This document shows positions 1 through 9,500 of a stretch of DNA of 61,104 nt, one piece after another. The DNA is from a virus (taxonomy: Duplodnaviria > Caudoviricetes): the IMG/VR virus record IMGVR_UViG_3300027833_000051, positions 1-61,104 of that record; one strand, given 5' to 3'. A model generated the notes under the pieces. The model had not been told where the DNA came from. It ran no database searches and worked only from the letters and a program-made list of their open reading frames with translations. Each line of letters begins with the position of its first letter. The stretch's first letter is position 1. Position numbers and translations under genes: made by a program.

Positions 1-205
1 TTTTATGTAATTTTTTTAATCGTCTACGATTGTAGTTAGGACAAATATATACAATAGCCTGGTTGTTACCTAGTGGCTCAATCTCTCCAGACCATTGTAT
101 AATTTTTATTTCGCCTTTTTTGTGAGCAGCTCCGCTCCACGGACAAACTGGTTTAATATGTTGGAAATATGTTTCCCAATTAACCTCTTGACTTTTTCTT
201 ACCAC
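1..205 (-). CDS. Hypothetical protein, partial (runs off the window start)
   Basis: Not in the ORF track. Manual translation from GTG at 205 (GAGGT upstream) gives VVRKSQEVNWETYFQHIKPVCPWSGAAHKKGEIKIIQW..., open to position 1 and overlapping the end of 180..695. Confidence 0.6.
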   Translation of the reverse strand, partial: MVRKSQEVNWETYFQHIKPVCPWSGAAHKKGEIKIIQWSGEIEPLGNNQAIVYICPNYNRRRLKKLHK

Positions 206-695
206 GACTCTTTTTACCTCTAGAGCCCTCGGTTGTAGCTTTTTCTTGTAATGCAGCCCAAAGAGTTTCTTTGATCGATTCAAGTGCCATTGCATTATCA
301 CCACCGTCTACAGCAGGATATGGTTTCTTTGATTTGTTCAGATCGTTGCCGTCTGGAATAACAGCACTTACGTCACTGTATTCTTCTTCTGGTGAATTAT
401 CCCATTCATCAATTGACTCATCAGCTGCACATGATTCGCATCCACAATCTTCGCCGCACGGTGCATCTTCTTCGCCGCCCATTAGTGATATCATTGATTT
501 CATATCATCGTGACCATCGTGTGCATGATCATGCGGAGTAGGTAGCTGCTTACTTGGCGGCATTGGGATATCTGCTACTGGACCTGCTTGTGGCATTCCT
601 GCATTTTGTAATAGTTTGACTAACTCAGCAACTTCAGTTGCATCGTTGCCGTTCATCGAAATGTTCATCGAAGCTTCATTCATTGCTTTTGTCAT
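180..695 (-). CDS. Acidic hypothetical protein, possible prohead core/internal protein
   Basis: AAGGA SD. Very acidic, with a His patch (HDHAHDGHDD), a CxxxCxCxxC cluster and a basic C-terminal tail (SRGKKSRGKKKSRG). Lies in a late head-gene cluster. Confidence 0.6.
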   Translation of the reverse strand: MTKAMNEASMNISMNGNDATEVAELVKLLQNAGMPQAGPVADIPMPPSKQLPTPHDHAHDGHDDMKSMISLMGGEEDAPCGEDCGCESCAADESIDEWDNSPEEEYSDVSAVIPDGNDLNKSKKPYPAVDGGDNAMALESIKETLWAALQEKATTEGSRGKKSRGKKKSRG

Positions 696-705
696 AATAT
701 TTTCC

Positions 706-2037
706 TTATGTAGTTTTATTAGCTGCGTCAGTTATTGCAGTCTGCAGTGCTTTAATAGTATTAGGCCCAACTTGTCCGTCAACAGTTAATCCGTTTGCTT
801 TTTGAAAATCTTGTACAGCTTTAAATGTGCCGGCACCGTACTTTCCATCGAGCCCGTTTGGATCAAAGCCTAAACGTGAAAGCGCAGTTTGCACTTGTTT
901 AACACTATCCATTGGTCGTTTGCCACCAGCATTATAATCTCTCATTAAACTTGCTGACGTAATTTGTCCTAATTTTCTAGCTAATGGCGAAATTACTGGT
1001 CGGTTTCCTGTTAGTCCGCCATCATCTGTTGCATCACCTGGTTCAGATGATGATCTAGGAATTCCTTGTGCTGTATCTGTTGCAGAAAGTTCGTCTTGTG
1101 CTGCAACTGGTTTTGGTTGATCAACTGGTGTAAGTGTTCCTGGATGTACAAAAAATTGTTGATCGGTTCCATCAGCGTCTTTAACTTCGGCCTCTATACC
1201 GTCAATAGTAATTATGTCGCCGTCTTTTAAATTATCTGCGTTATATGCATCATTGAGCGTGTCAAAAGTTTTGTTTGGTTCTTGTGCTGCTGGTCGTGTT
1301 GGTTCACGATTTGGTTCTTGACCACCTCTAGTTCCATCATCTGGGCCTGCGGTTGATTCTGGATCTGCATCTGGTGAAGTCTGTGGTCTAAGTTCATCCG
1401 CAGTTCCTGTTGCCGGTACCGGTTGTTCTAATGCAGCAATATCTTCTGGAGTTAACGGTTCGCCTATTATTCCTTTATCTAACCCACGCTTTTCTAATTC
1501 TGCTTGAATTTCAGCTGTAATTTTTGGAGTATCATCTGCTGGTCGATTGTTAGGTCTTGTTGTTGGTCCTGTTGATTCTGGATCTGCATCTGGATTTTCT
1601 TTATCCCAAGCTTCTTGATCTGATTTTAATTCAGCTAATCCTCTATCTAAACGTGCCTGCGCACCTACAAAGCCTGCGTCAACTTGTTGCCTTGCATTTA
1701 TAATACCATAAGGATCACCCTCATCATTCTCAGTTGGTCTCGGAGTAGTGTCACTATTAGCCTTAGTACCTGCTTGCGCATCTGTTCCTGTTTGTGCTGT
1801 ATCTGTTGCAGAAAGTTCGTCTTGTGCTGCAACTGCTGCTTTCTCTATATTTGCTTCAACCTCTGGAGTCACGTCACCTAAGAGATTGTCAACAGCGGCA
1901 TTAACAGATTCGTCATCTAGGCCTACTAGACCTTTAACCCAATCAACAAATCCCTCTTCTAGTTTTTCACTTTTTCTTACTTCCACCTCAGTGTACAAAT
2001 TAGTTAAATTAATAAATTTCTTTATGTCGTCGTTCAT
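706..2037 (-). CDS. Low-complexity acidic protein with C-terminal peptidoglycan-binding domain (PG_binding_1-like)
   Basis: C-terminal VKQVQTALSRLGFDPNGLDGKYGAGTFKAVQDFQKANGLTVDGQVGPNT matches the PG_binding_1 pattern. No catalytic lysin motif is visible. Confidence 0.8.
   Translation of the reverse strand: MNDDIKKFINLTNLYTEVEVRKSEKLEEGFVDWVKGLVGLDDESVNAAVDNLLGDVTPEVEANIEKAAVAAQDELSATDTAQTGTDAQAGTKANSDTTPRPTENDEGDPYGIINARQQVDAGFVGAQARLDRGLAELKSDQEAWDKENPDADPESTGPTTRPNNRPADDTPKITAEIQAELEKRGLDKGIIGEPLTPEDIAALEQPVPATGTADELRPQTSPDADPESTAGPDDGTRGGQEPNREPTRPAAQEPNKTFDTLNDAYNADNLKDGDIITIDGIEAEVKDADGTDQQFFVHPGTLTPVDQPKPVAAQDELSATDTAQGIPRSSSEPGDATDDGGLTGNRPVISPLARKLGQITSASLMRDYNAGGKRPMDSVKQVQTALSRLGFDPNGLDGKYGAGTFKAVQDFQKANGLTVDGQVGPNTIKALQTAITDAANKTT
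1066..1835. repeat. Nested exact direct repeats inside 706..2037: 44 bp (1066-1109 / 1792-1835) and 23 bp (1352-1374 / 1571-1593)
   Basis: ttgtgctgtatctgttgcagaaagttcgtcttgtgctgcaactg occurs twice and gttgattctggatctgcatctgg occurs twice. They encode VAAQDELSATDTAQ and PDADPEST. Confidence 0.9.
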
Positions 2038-2552
2038 TTTGTTTTACCTGACGAAACGCTTTCTATAGGATCGATAGTACGTTCTTTGCGAGCTGTTTCT
2101 AATTCTTTTAGTAAGTTCATTACGTGTCCATCACCTACTGATTCCTGTGCGCTTTCGCCGCCCATATCTTCAGTATTTAATAATGATTCATATGCCTTAT
2201 TGTCTTCTATTGCATCTTGTTCTGTTTGCTTATCAACTGGATCTTCGTCTCCACGTACAATAAGATGTCCTTGTTCTGCGCAACAACTTAGTTCTTGGGC
2301 AAGCACTTGGCTAGTTGTAGGATATTTTACTTCTATTTCGTAATGTGTAACTTCCATATTTTGCAATGATGGGAAATCCATAGGCTTTTGACTAATTGGA
2401 GTTGTTTTTCCTGCACTAACATTTAACACTTCGTATCGTGATAAGATAGCTTTCATATTGTCTGCAAATTTCTCTGGAAGTTCTCCAGCAACTCGTACTT
2501 TAAATTTGTAAGTTTTTGTAGACTCTGTTAAAAATTCATTAAATGTTTTCAT
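2034..2552 (-). CDS. Probable internal head protein with T4-type capsid-targeting N-terminus
   Basis: N-terminus MKTFNEFLTE resembles the T4 internal-protein targeting sequence MKTYQEFIAE. A late promoter lies upstream. Confidence 0.6.
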   Translation of the reverse strand: MKTFNEFLTESTKTYKFKVRVAGELPEKFADNMKAILSRYEVLNVSAGKTTPISQKPMDFPSLQNMEVTHYEIEVKYPTTSQVLAQELSCCAEQGHLIVRGDEDPVDKQTEQDAIEDNKAYESLLNTEDMGGESAQESVGDGHVMNLLKELETARKERTIDPIESVSSGKTK

Positions 2553-2572
2553 ATTACGGTTCCCTGTTACTG

Positions 2573-3076
2573 TTATTTATCCATGTTTTTAAGTTTTTCA
2601 ATTAAACTATTACGATCTGTTACTACATACCCATCACCGTTTACTATATTGCCATCTGGATTTGAATTTGCTTTTTGGTCAATTGCTTGTTTTTTAAGTT
2701 GTAGCTCAACCATTTTTAGTTTGTTATTAATTTTTGCAACTTTGGCATCTAATCCTGTTTTAAGCATGCCGCCGGCAACCTCAAAAACTCTACTAGCATA
2801 TCGACTTTCGACATTCATTCCTAAGTCCATTAAATCATCATATGATGCTAACGCTTTATCAGCGATTTCATTTAGCTCATTATCTGCTAAATTCCCTAAC
2901 CCTTTTACTCTAGGTAATGCACTTGCAATTTTATCAAACTCGGCAATATCGCGCATAGTTTCGCGTGATTCTATTGCAACACTTTCTGCCTTTGTTTTCT
3001 TTTGTTCTACTTTTGCATCATCAACTATTTCTTTCGAATCAGGTAAATTTAAAAGTTCTTCTAATTTTTTAGTCAT
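2573..3076 (-). CDS. Putative terminase small subunit (gp16-like)
   Basis: Helical 167-aa protein with RVFEVAGGMLKT and C-terminal VVTDRNSLIEKLK, similar in pattern to small terminases of marine T4-like phages. Head-gene context and late promoter support this. Confidence 0.55.
   Translation of the reverse strand: MTKKLEELLNLPDSKEIVDDAKVEQKKTKAESVAIESRETMRDIAEFDKIASALPRVKGLGNLADNELNEIADKALASYDDLMDLGMNVESRYASRVFEVAGGMLKTGLDAKVAKINNKLKMVELQLKKQAIDQKANSNPDGNIVNGDGYVVTDRNSLIEKLKNMDK
2574..2581 (-). promoter_or_regulatory. Late promoter GATAAATA
   Basis: T4 late-like -10 element upstream of 2552. The same motif recurs before most structural genes. Confidence 0.65.
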
Positions 3077-3102
3077 TATGATCTTCCATTAACTGCTTAT
3101 AT

Positions 3103-3110
3103 TATTTATA
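3103..3110 (-). promoter_or_regulatory. Late promoter TATAAATA (exact T4 consensus)
   Basis: Intergenic, 26 nt upstream of the ATG at 3076. Confidence 0.75.
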
Positions 3111-3125
3111 CTATAAACACCGGCA

Positions 3126-3710
3126 TTAGAAATTATATCCTAAGTCATTGATATCATTGATATATTTTTGTGCTATAATATTTTTAGTTTTATTTGTATA
3201 ATACGATTGATAATCGCGCTGTCTATTAGAAGCATTTAACGTTTTTAAAGATACAAAGCAATTAAATGTTTGCTGTATTTTAATAAAGTCTGATTCTATG
3301 TTTTCTAGTCTTAGAATAAAGTCAACTCCCTGTATCAATTCAGTTTGTAGTGGCGGTGTGCTAGTTTCTACAAAGTACTCAAATCCTTTGTTCCATTCGT
3401 CTATAGCATGCTGATTACGATCGTTTGCCCACTTACCTTTATTTTTAAATTCATTTGATAATCTGCGCAATGCACGGTCTCTTTTAAAAAAGTACCAGCT
3501 TACTATATAGTCCCAGGGATTTCTAACAACAGCAAAACTAAAACTAATAGGTAAGTTATCTCGCTGTTGTATTTTATCTAATGACCAATGCTTTGCAGAT
3601 TTTACAGGTACGCTATCAGTATTATTTACAAGCCATTGTTGTATACTTGTTCCGCCTGTTTTTGGAACGTGTACAAATAGAGCTCTTGAAGAGGCACTGT
3701 AAACTGCCAT
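3126..3710 (-). CDS. Sulfotransferase family protein (Sulfotransfer_2-like)
   Basis: 5'-PSB motif FVHVPKTGGTSI and 3'-PB motif FAVVRNPWDYIVSWY. Confidence 0.85.
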   Translation of the reverse strand: MAVYSASSRALFVHVPKTGGTSIQQWLVNNTDSVPVKSAKHWSLDKIQQRDNLPISFSFAVVRNPWDYIVSWYFFKRDRALRRLSNEFKNKGKWANDRNQHAIDEWNKGFEYFVETSTPPLQTELIQGVDFILRLENIESDFIKIQQTFNCFVSLKTLNASNRQRDYQSYYTNKTKNIIAQKYINDINDLGYNF

Positions 3711-4144
3711 TATCGATTGCCGCTATGGAAAATATCGTGTTCAGTTACAATTCGAAATTTAATTTTATTTTGTTTACAGTATGCATTAGCAGCTTCGAAT
3801 TTAGCTTGATTAACAACTGCATGTAATTGATTATGTCTGCTGCGGCCTGCTTCTTTTAAACTAGTTTGATTTGATGGCTTTACTTCAATAAGTTCTACTA
3901 ACTGTTTGCCGTTTTTGTCAGCATATGCAATAAAGAAATCAGGTACATATATAGTATGCTTGCCAGTTAGTGGATTACGATACGGAATACGAATTGCTTC
4001 ACTTGCCCACTGTGTAACGTTTGCGTTTTCGTCACAGAATTTCATAAATGCAAACTCCCAGCCTGATCGATATGTTGGAACTTTGCCGCCTATGTACTTT
4101 CCTGGATTTTTAGGATTAAATTTGCCCTGCGCATACCTAGACAT
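3710..4144 (-). CDS. gp4: Head completion nuclease (T4 gp4-like, TnsA-type PD-(D/E)xK)
   Basis: YRSGWEFAFMKFCD..WASE..IPY..YVPDF..IEVKP..AKFEAA motifs typical of gp4. Confidence 0.9.
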   Translation of the reverse strand: MSRYAQGKFNPKNPGKYIGGKVPTYRSGWEFAFMKFCDENANVTQWASEAIRIPYRNPLTGKHTIYVPDFFIAYADKNGKQLVELIEVKPSNQTSLKEAGRSRHNQLHAVVNQAKFEAANAYCKQNKIKFRIVTEHDIFHSGNR

Positions 4145-4146
4145 AT

Positions 4147-4515
4147 TTACACTACTACATTACGTTTTTCTAAAGTATTTACTGTAGAGGTATTTCTAAA
4201 TCCTAGTACACTAGAGTTTAATCTATTATAATTTAATACTTCTGCTACTACTGCACTTAGTTTTGCTTCGTCAAAACCTTTAAGTGTGTCTAATAAAACA
4301 AATACTTTAATGTCATCAAGTTTTGCTTGTTGTAATAAGATTGTTCCAGTGCTAATAGCTGCTGCTTTTTCAAATCCTCTTTTTTCAAAAAATCCAATAA
4401 CTGCATCAACTTCATTAGATGCAAATGATAATTTTTCAGTAAAGTACTTGTTAAAAAAATTCGTAACACCTTTGTCATTTGTCATTACCGGAGTTGGTAA
4501 ACTACTATTATTCAT
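4147..4515 (-). CDS. Hypothetical protein, probably virion-associated
   Basis: Tightly coupled between the tube-initiator gene and gp4. Confidence 0.6.
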   Translation of the reverse strand: MNNSSLPTPVMTNDKGVTNFFNKYFTEKLSFASNEVDAVIGFFEKRGFEKAAAISTGTILLQQAKLDDIKVFVLLDTLKGFDEAKLSAVVAEVLNYNRLNSSVLGFRNTSTVNTLEKRNVVV

Positions 4516-5802
4516 TTATCGTATTCCTAACTGTTCGTCTAATTTTGCCATCTCTGCTGCATTATTTTTAATTGCTTGGTAGTTTGCTTTAGCTTGAGCT
4601 GCTGTTGCGCCAGTTCTAGATTGGTATTCTTTGATTGACTGACGTTGTCTTGCACTATCCAATGCTGCTGGATTATTTCCTAAATTTCTAGTAGCACTAG
4701 TTACTGCTGACACAATGCCAACACCGGCTGCTGCTATTAGTAAATCTTTGCTTCCGCCGTTCCCACCGTTTTTTGGAAAAAATGTTTGGGCAACTCCGCC
4801 TACGTTAATACCAGTTGCCTGGCCTAATGCACTAGTAAGTATATTAAATCCTTCTTGTCTAATACCTTCTTTAGACAAGCTTCTAACATTGCCTATTAAT
4901 TGCGCTCCTTGTAGTATAGTAAGGAGTGGATTGTTGTATGCTTCGCCACTAGCAATAAATTCATAAAGGTCTAATGCTCCGCCAATTGTTCCGCCTAATC
5001 CTAATTTTCCGCCGCCCTCTAATGATATCGGACTTGGCATTTTATCGTAGTGGTCTTGTCCGAAGCCTATCGGTTCGCCATTTGCTCCTATTGTAATACT
5101 ACTTTGATTATAAAACACTGCTTCATATGCAATTTGGATACTATTAGCCATAGTTCCTGCACCGTCACTATTGTCGTGATTATCATGACTCCAATTAGTT
5201 AAAATTGGATTTACTAAGGTATATGTAGTATATTCACCTCTTGATAGTGTACTTATTTTGATACTCTTAAAAAACGGAACACCAGAGTTATTTACATCCA
5301 TACCAAATTTGTAATTATTGCGAGATGATCCTTCATATGTGCTGTGCGGAACAACTGCATATGCACGACCGTTATCTTTCTGTTGATTTCCGTCTGCAAA
5401 ATAATATCTATAATATGCCTGCAATAGTGCAGTAGTAATACCTTCGTTGTCATCGTGTAAATCAATATCAACAGGATCGTAACTAATTGATGTTTGTACA
5501 TTTTTTACTCTATTGTACTTTTTCTTTGTTTCTACATTAGCTGTAAAGCTAGGCAAGTCTGCACGTTTTACTAACATGCCTATTTCGTTTAGTGTTGATC
5601 CGCTGAATAACTTAGGAGCAATCTGTTGTGCTTCATCTGATATTTCAAAGTTAACATGAAAAAGAAATTTTGATTTTGGCGCAAGGGCCATATCTCTATC
5701 GACATACAGCCGTGCGGCGTGTTGCCAATCGGCCATATTACCTTTTGGATTTAATAAACCGCTAGATACGTTATCTAATAAACTATTGAACTTACTTGCC
5801 AT
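4516..5802 (-). CDS. Tail tube-like baseplate protein (gp54/gp48-like tube initiator)
   Basis: LVKRADLPSF..YNR..YDPVDIDLHDD..L.NP.LT..IQIAYE pattern of the tube-fold family. Directly downstream of gp19. Confidence 0.65.
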   Translation of the reverse strand: MASKFNSLLDNVSSGLLNPKGNMADWQHAARLYVDRDMALAPKSKFLFHVNFEISDEAQQIAPKLFSGSTLNEIGMLVKRADLPSFTANVETKKKYNRVKNVQTSISYDPVDIDLHDDNEGITTALLQAYYRYYFADGNQQKDNGRAYAVVPHSTYEGSSRNNYKFGMDVNNSGVPFFKSIKISTLSRGEYTTYTLVNPILTNWSHDNHDNSDGAGTMANSIQIAYEAVFYNQSSITIGANGEPIGFGQDHYDKMPSPISLEGGGKLGLGGTIGGALDLYEFIASGEAYNNPLLTILQGAQLIGNVRSLSKEGIRQEGFNILTSALGQATGINVGGVAQTFFPKNGGNGGSKDLLIAAAGVGIVSAVTSATRNLGNNPAALDSARQRQSIKEYQSRTGATAAQAKANYQAIKNNAAEMAKLDEQLGIR

Positions 5803-5807
5803 ACTAA

Positions 5808-5815
5808 TATTTATC
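5808..5815 (-). promoter_or_regulatory. Late promoter GATAAATA, 5 nt before the ATG (likely leaderless)
   Basis: GATAAATA-TTAGT-ATG with no SD. Confidence 0.65.
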
Positions 5816-5842
5816 TTTTACAATTAAGTACTAACATAAAGA

Positions 5843-5866
5843 TAAAAGGAGCCGAAGCTCCTTTTA
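5843..5866 (-). terminator. Rho-independent terminator with C(UUCG)G tetraloop after the tail tube gene
   Basis: AAAAGGAGC-TTCG-GCTCCTTTT on the minus strand. Symmetric, so possibly bidirectional. Confidence 0.9.
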
Positions 5867-5895
5867 TTAGTTAGACTAAATGACCAGTGCTGCTA

Positions 5896-6525
5896 TTATG
5901 CGCCGCCGCCTGTTACTGATGTTCCAGTTGAACGTCCAATAGCTGTTCCAATACCTGTACCTTGCGGTGATTGGATAGCATTATCATAACGAATGTTAAG
6001 CGTAACACTCACTGGATCAGTTGAGTTAGAATATGCTAAACTATTATAGTTAGCACTTTCACAATAACAACCATACAGTTCGAATGTTTCAAGTACGTTT
6101 GGTACATTTGCGCCGTTGCCGCCGTCTAAGATTTCAATACGTGTAACGAATTTATAATCTTGTCCACTTGCTGCACTTGATTGCTCGTAGAAGTCAAATT
6201 GTTTCTGTAACTGTTCTCCTACAAGTTTTTGCACATTGTTGTTTACATCTTCACGTAAGTTAAGTACGATCGGTTCCCAAGTATGCTTACCAGCTAGGTA
6301 AACTCTTGAGTTGTATACATCAATAGTCATTTGTTCAAAACTTACATTTGGACGAGTTACGTCAATAACTTGTTTTGTAAGTTCTGTAGTCGGTGTTGAT
6401 ACACCAAAGTTTTCCAGTGACACTCGAAAGCGATACTGTAACTTTGGCATTAACAGTCCCTGGTTACTAGCGGAATCACCGCTAGCTAGGGGAACTGTAA
6501 TTTTACTTAATGTTGAAATAGCCAT
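5896..6525 (-). CDS. gp19: Tail tube protein
   Basis: PKLQYRFRV..VTRPNVSFE..YLAGKHTWEPI..LYGCY..YDNA. Follows the sheath gene and has a GGAG SD. Confidence 0.9.
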   Translation of the reverse strand: MAISTLSKITVPLASGDSASNQGLLMPKLQYRFRVSLENFGVSTPTTELTKQVIDVTRPNVSFEQMTIDVYNSRVYLAGKHTWEPIVLNLREDVNNNVQKLVGEQLQKQFDFYEQSSAASGQDYKFVTRIEILDGGNGANVPNVLETFELYGCYCESANYNSLAYSNSTDPVSVTLNIRYDNAIQSPQGTGIGTAIGRSTGTSVTGGGA

Positions 6526-6548
6526 TTAGTCTGCTCCTGTTCTAATAG

Positions 6549-6556
6549 TATTTATC
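6549..6556 (-). promoter_or_regulatory. Late promoter GATAAATA
   Basis: Intergenic between sheath and tube genes. Confidence 0.7.
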
Positions 6557-6558
6557 GT

Positions 6559-9500
6559 TTAAAGTCCGGCAATTTCACCGGTGTTTTTCAAACGTAGTGG
6601 AATGTAAATAAACTCAACTGCTTTGACAGGTTCAATTGCTATATCTAAGTATAGTTCATTTCTGTCAATTCTACTTGGTGTATTATTTGTTTCGTCACAT
6701 ACAACTAGGTAATCATAAAGACCTCTTTGACCAACTAATTCAAGTAGCAAACTTTCTGCTGCTTGTTTAATCTCGTTACGTGTGATTGTGTCGTTAGGTT
6801 CAAAGATGTAAGGTTTAGCAAGTGTGTTTAGCTGACTACGTAAGTAGATAGTTAAACGTGCTACGTTAATACGATCTAATGCACTTGCGCCTCTTGCACG
6901 AGTTTTTTGTCCAAAGTTAACAAGTCCAGCACCACTAATAAACGTTATTGGGTTTATGTTGTTACTGTACAATGTATCACGTTGACCTTCGTTAAGTGAT
7001 ACACTTACAAATTCGCCTTCGTTATTAATATAACCAGTTGAACTTGCGTTAGTAATTCCGCCACGTCTTGTGCCTGCTGGTGCAAACCATGGATAACTAA
7101 CTTGGTCACTTAGTGCAACTGTACGCAACATCATGTGTGAAGCTGGTACTACAACGTTGTTGCCAAAGTTGTCACTGCTAAATCCTGCTGGATAAAATAC
7201 ACCTAAGTATTCATCACGGCTAACAAGACCATCATCATTATCTTCAACTGCTTGGTTAACATTAGTTGCCCATTCGTTAAGTGATGTTGCGTCTGGTGTT
7301 AAACGCATTGGTGAGTCGCCTAGGATAAATGCTGTTAAGCCTCTATCAAAGTTTAAGCTAATCATTTCTCCAATTAGTTCTGGATAACCAGGTGTTGCCA
7401 TCAAGTTAAACAAGCGTGATTCATCATCACGGATTTCATCGTTATTATTAACAACTGCTTGCAGTGATTGAACAACAACTTTACGCTGTGCCTTACGCCC
7501 AAAGCTTCCTGTTCCGTCTGCTTGATTGCCTGATTCAGTAACCCATCTATGTGGATAGTAATTTGACATATCTGCGTCACCCATACGTACATTATCTTCA
7601 GCTGTATCAACATAGTTGCGCTCAAAACGCTTAACGTTAAATCCGCTTCTACGTAAGTTCCATAGCAACATACCTTTTGGATATAGTGCTGGATCTGGTG
7701 CATCTGCATCTAAGAAGTTACTAGTACGTAGTTCTGCAATAGTAGCATCTGTTATAGTAGTTGTTGTTCCGCCTGTTGTACTCCAACGTGCATCAGCAAA
7801 CAATATACCTTCTTCAGTAGTTTGATCACCTGTGTCAAGTGGTGCTCCCCATTTCTGAGCAACTGTTCCAGCAACATTATCATTAAAGCGATATACTGTT
7901 GGATAGTTTTCTAAATCTGCTGTTGATACCCAAATGTCACCTGTTACTAATGCGCCACCTGATGATTGTACTGTTGGCATACTTGCACCAACAATTGGAC
8001 CATTTGCGTCTGCATCTGTAAAAGCAGTTGCATCATTATATCCAACCCAAGTTGTACCATTATGATACATCATGTCAACTTCGTCAACAACTGAATTGTA
8101 CCAAAGTTGTCCTTGAGTAGCTAAAGCTGTAGGTGCATTTGCACTTGCAGTGTATGTTAATACACGCCAGTTTGATGCTGTATACTGCTTTGGTGATGAA
8201 CTAGAATTAGTGCCATCTGTATATGCTAAGTTTGGTGTTGTAGCTGAATTTGTTGCAACAAATGGAGTAAATCCAATATTGTTTAATAAGCTATCAGTGT
8301 CTACAAAGTTAATTTCTCCACCTAATGCATGTGAAATTACAATTTTATTTTGTGCGTCAATTGTTGCGCTTACGTTAGTAACACCTGCTGATGTAATTGC
8401 ATTTGCAATTAATCCAGCGTCTGCACTTGCACTACCTGTTGTTGCAGGTACTGTTACAGTTACAGGAGTACTCATTGTTGCACTACCTTTAACACTTGCT
8501 GACATAGTAAATGATTTTGTTACACCGCTTGAGTTTCCTGGCGCTGCTGCTGTTACTACTGCACTGCGAATTGTTGTTGCGCCAACATTCTGTCTACGAT
8601 AAATTGTAAATGTACCTAATGGTTGGGCATCTGATGCAACATTTGTTTTAGCAAACATTTCGCCTATTGCTAGGTTTGTTCCGCCTGCAGTTGAATCTAG
8701 TTTAGCTAATGCTGCTGCATTATTGTCGTACATTCCTGTAGTCTTTTCGTCCCAAAGAAGTGTTTCTGCATTCCATTGGTTAACGCTTAAATTTGCACCA
8801 CCATTTGGCTTAGTTGTTTTAATCCAAATACTTCCAGTTGGACGTGTTACTGTGTCAGTGGATTTAAATTCTGGTACACTAGTATGTGCAGAAACTTGTA
8901 CAGCTGGTGGATGATATGTGTTAGCTGTAATTCCTAATAAAGCTAATTTATCAGTGTCGCCACCAATAACAATCGGTCCGCCTGTTACACTATCTTCAGC
9001 GCCTGAACTGTCACCATTACTGTAAATTTCTAAAAAGCCATCTACATTTGCTGCGGTAATACCTACTGCTGTTAAGAAAGAAGTAATAGATGATGCAACA
9101 TCGGTTACTGTATTAGCACCTACTGATATTGCAGTACCGTTAATTGTAATGTCAGCTGCTGGTCCTGTTAGTGTAGGATTAGCATTTGTGCCTTTAACTG
9201 TTGGCCAACTTGCTGTCCAGTCGTTGCTTCCAACTTCGACCCAGTTGCCTACCGAATTCTTATACCATGTACGGTTAAGTGTAGTTACTGCAACAATTGC
9301 ATAATCGCCAATAGCGCCTGTGCTTGCTTTTGGTGCATAGTTTGCACCGTCGTAGTCAACTACACCATCTGTAGTTTCAATTATAATTGGAGTTTTTGTT
9401 GTAAATGTTTGGCCGCCAGTTGTTGTTACTGCTGCGCCGTTCCATTGTTGGATACCATATTTTGAACTTGAAGTATCTAACCAGTACGTACCACTTAGTG

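Noticed and set aside
706-2037. Endolysin call for the peptidoglycan-binding protein
   Set aside because: No amidase, muramidase or peptidase motif is visible, and the remainder is low-complexity.
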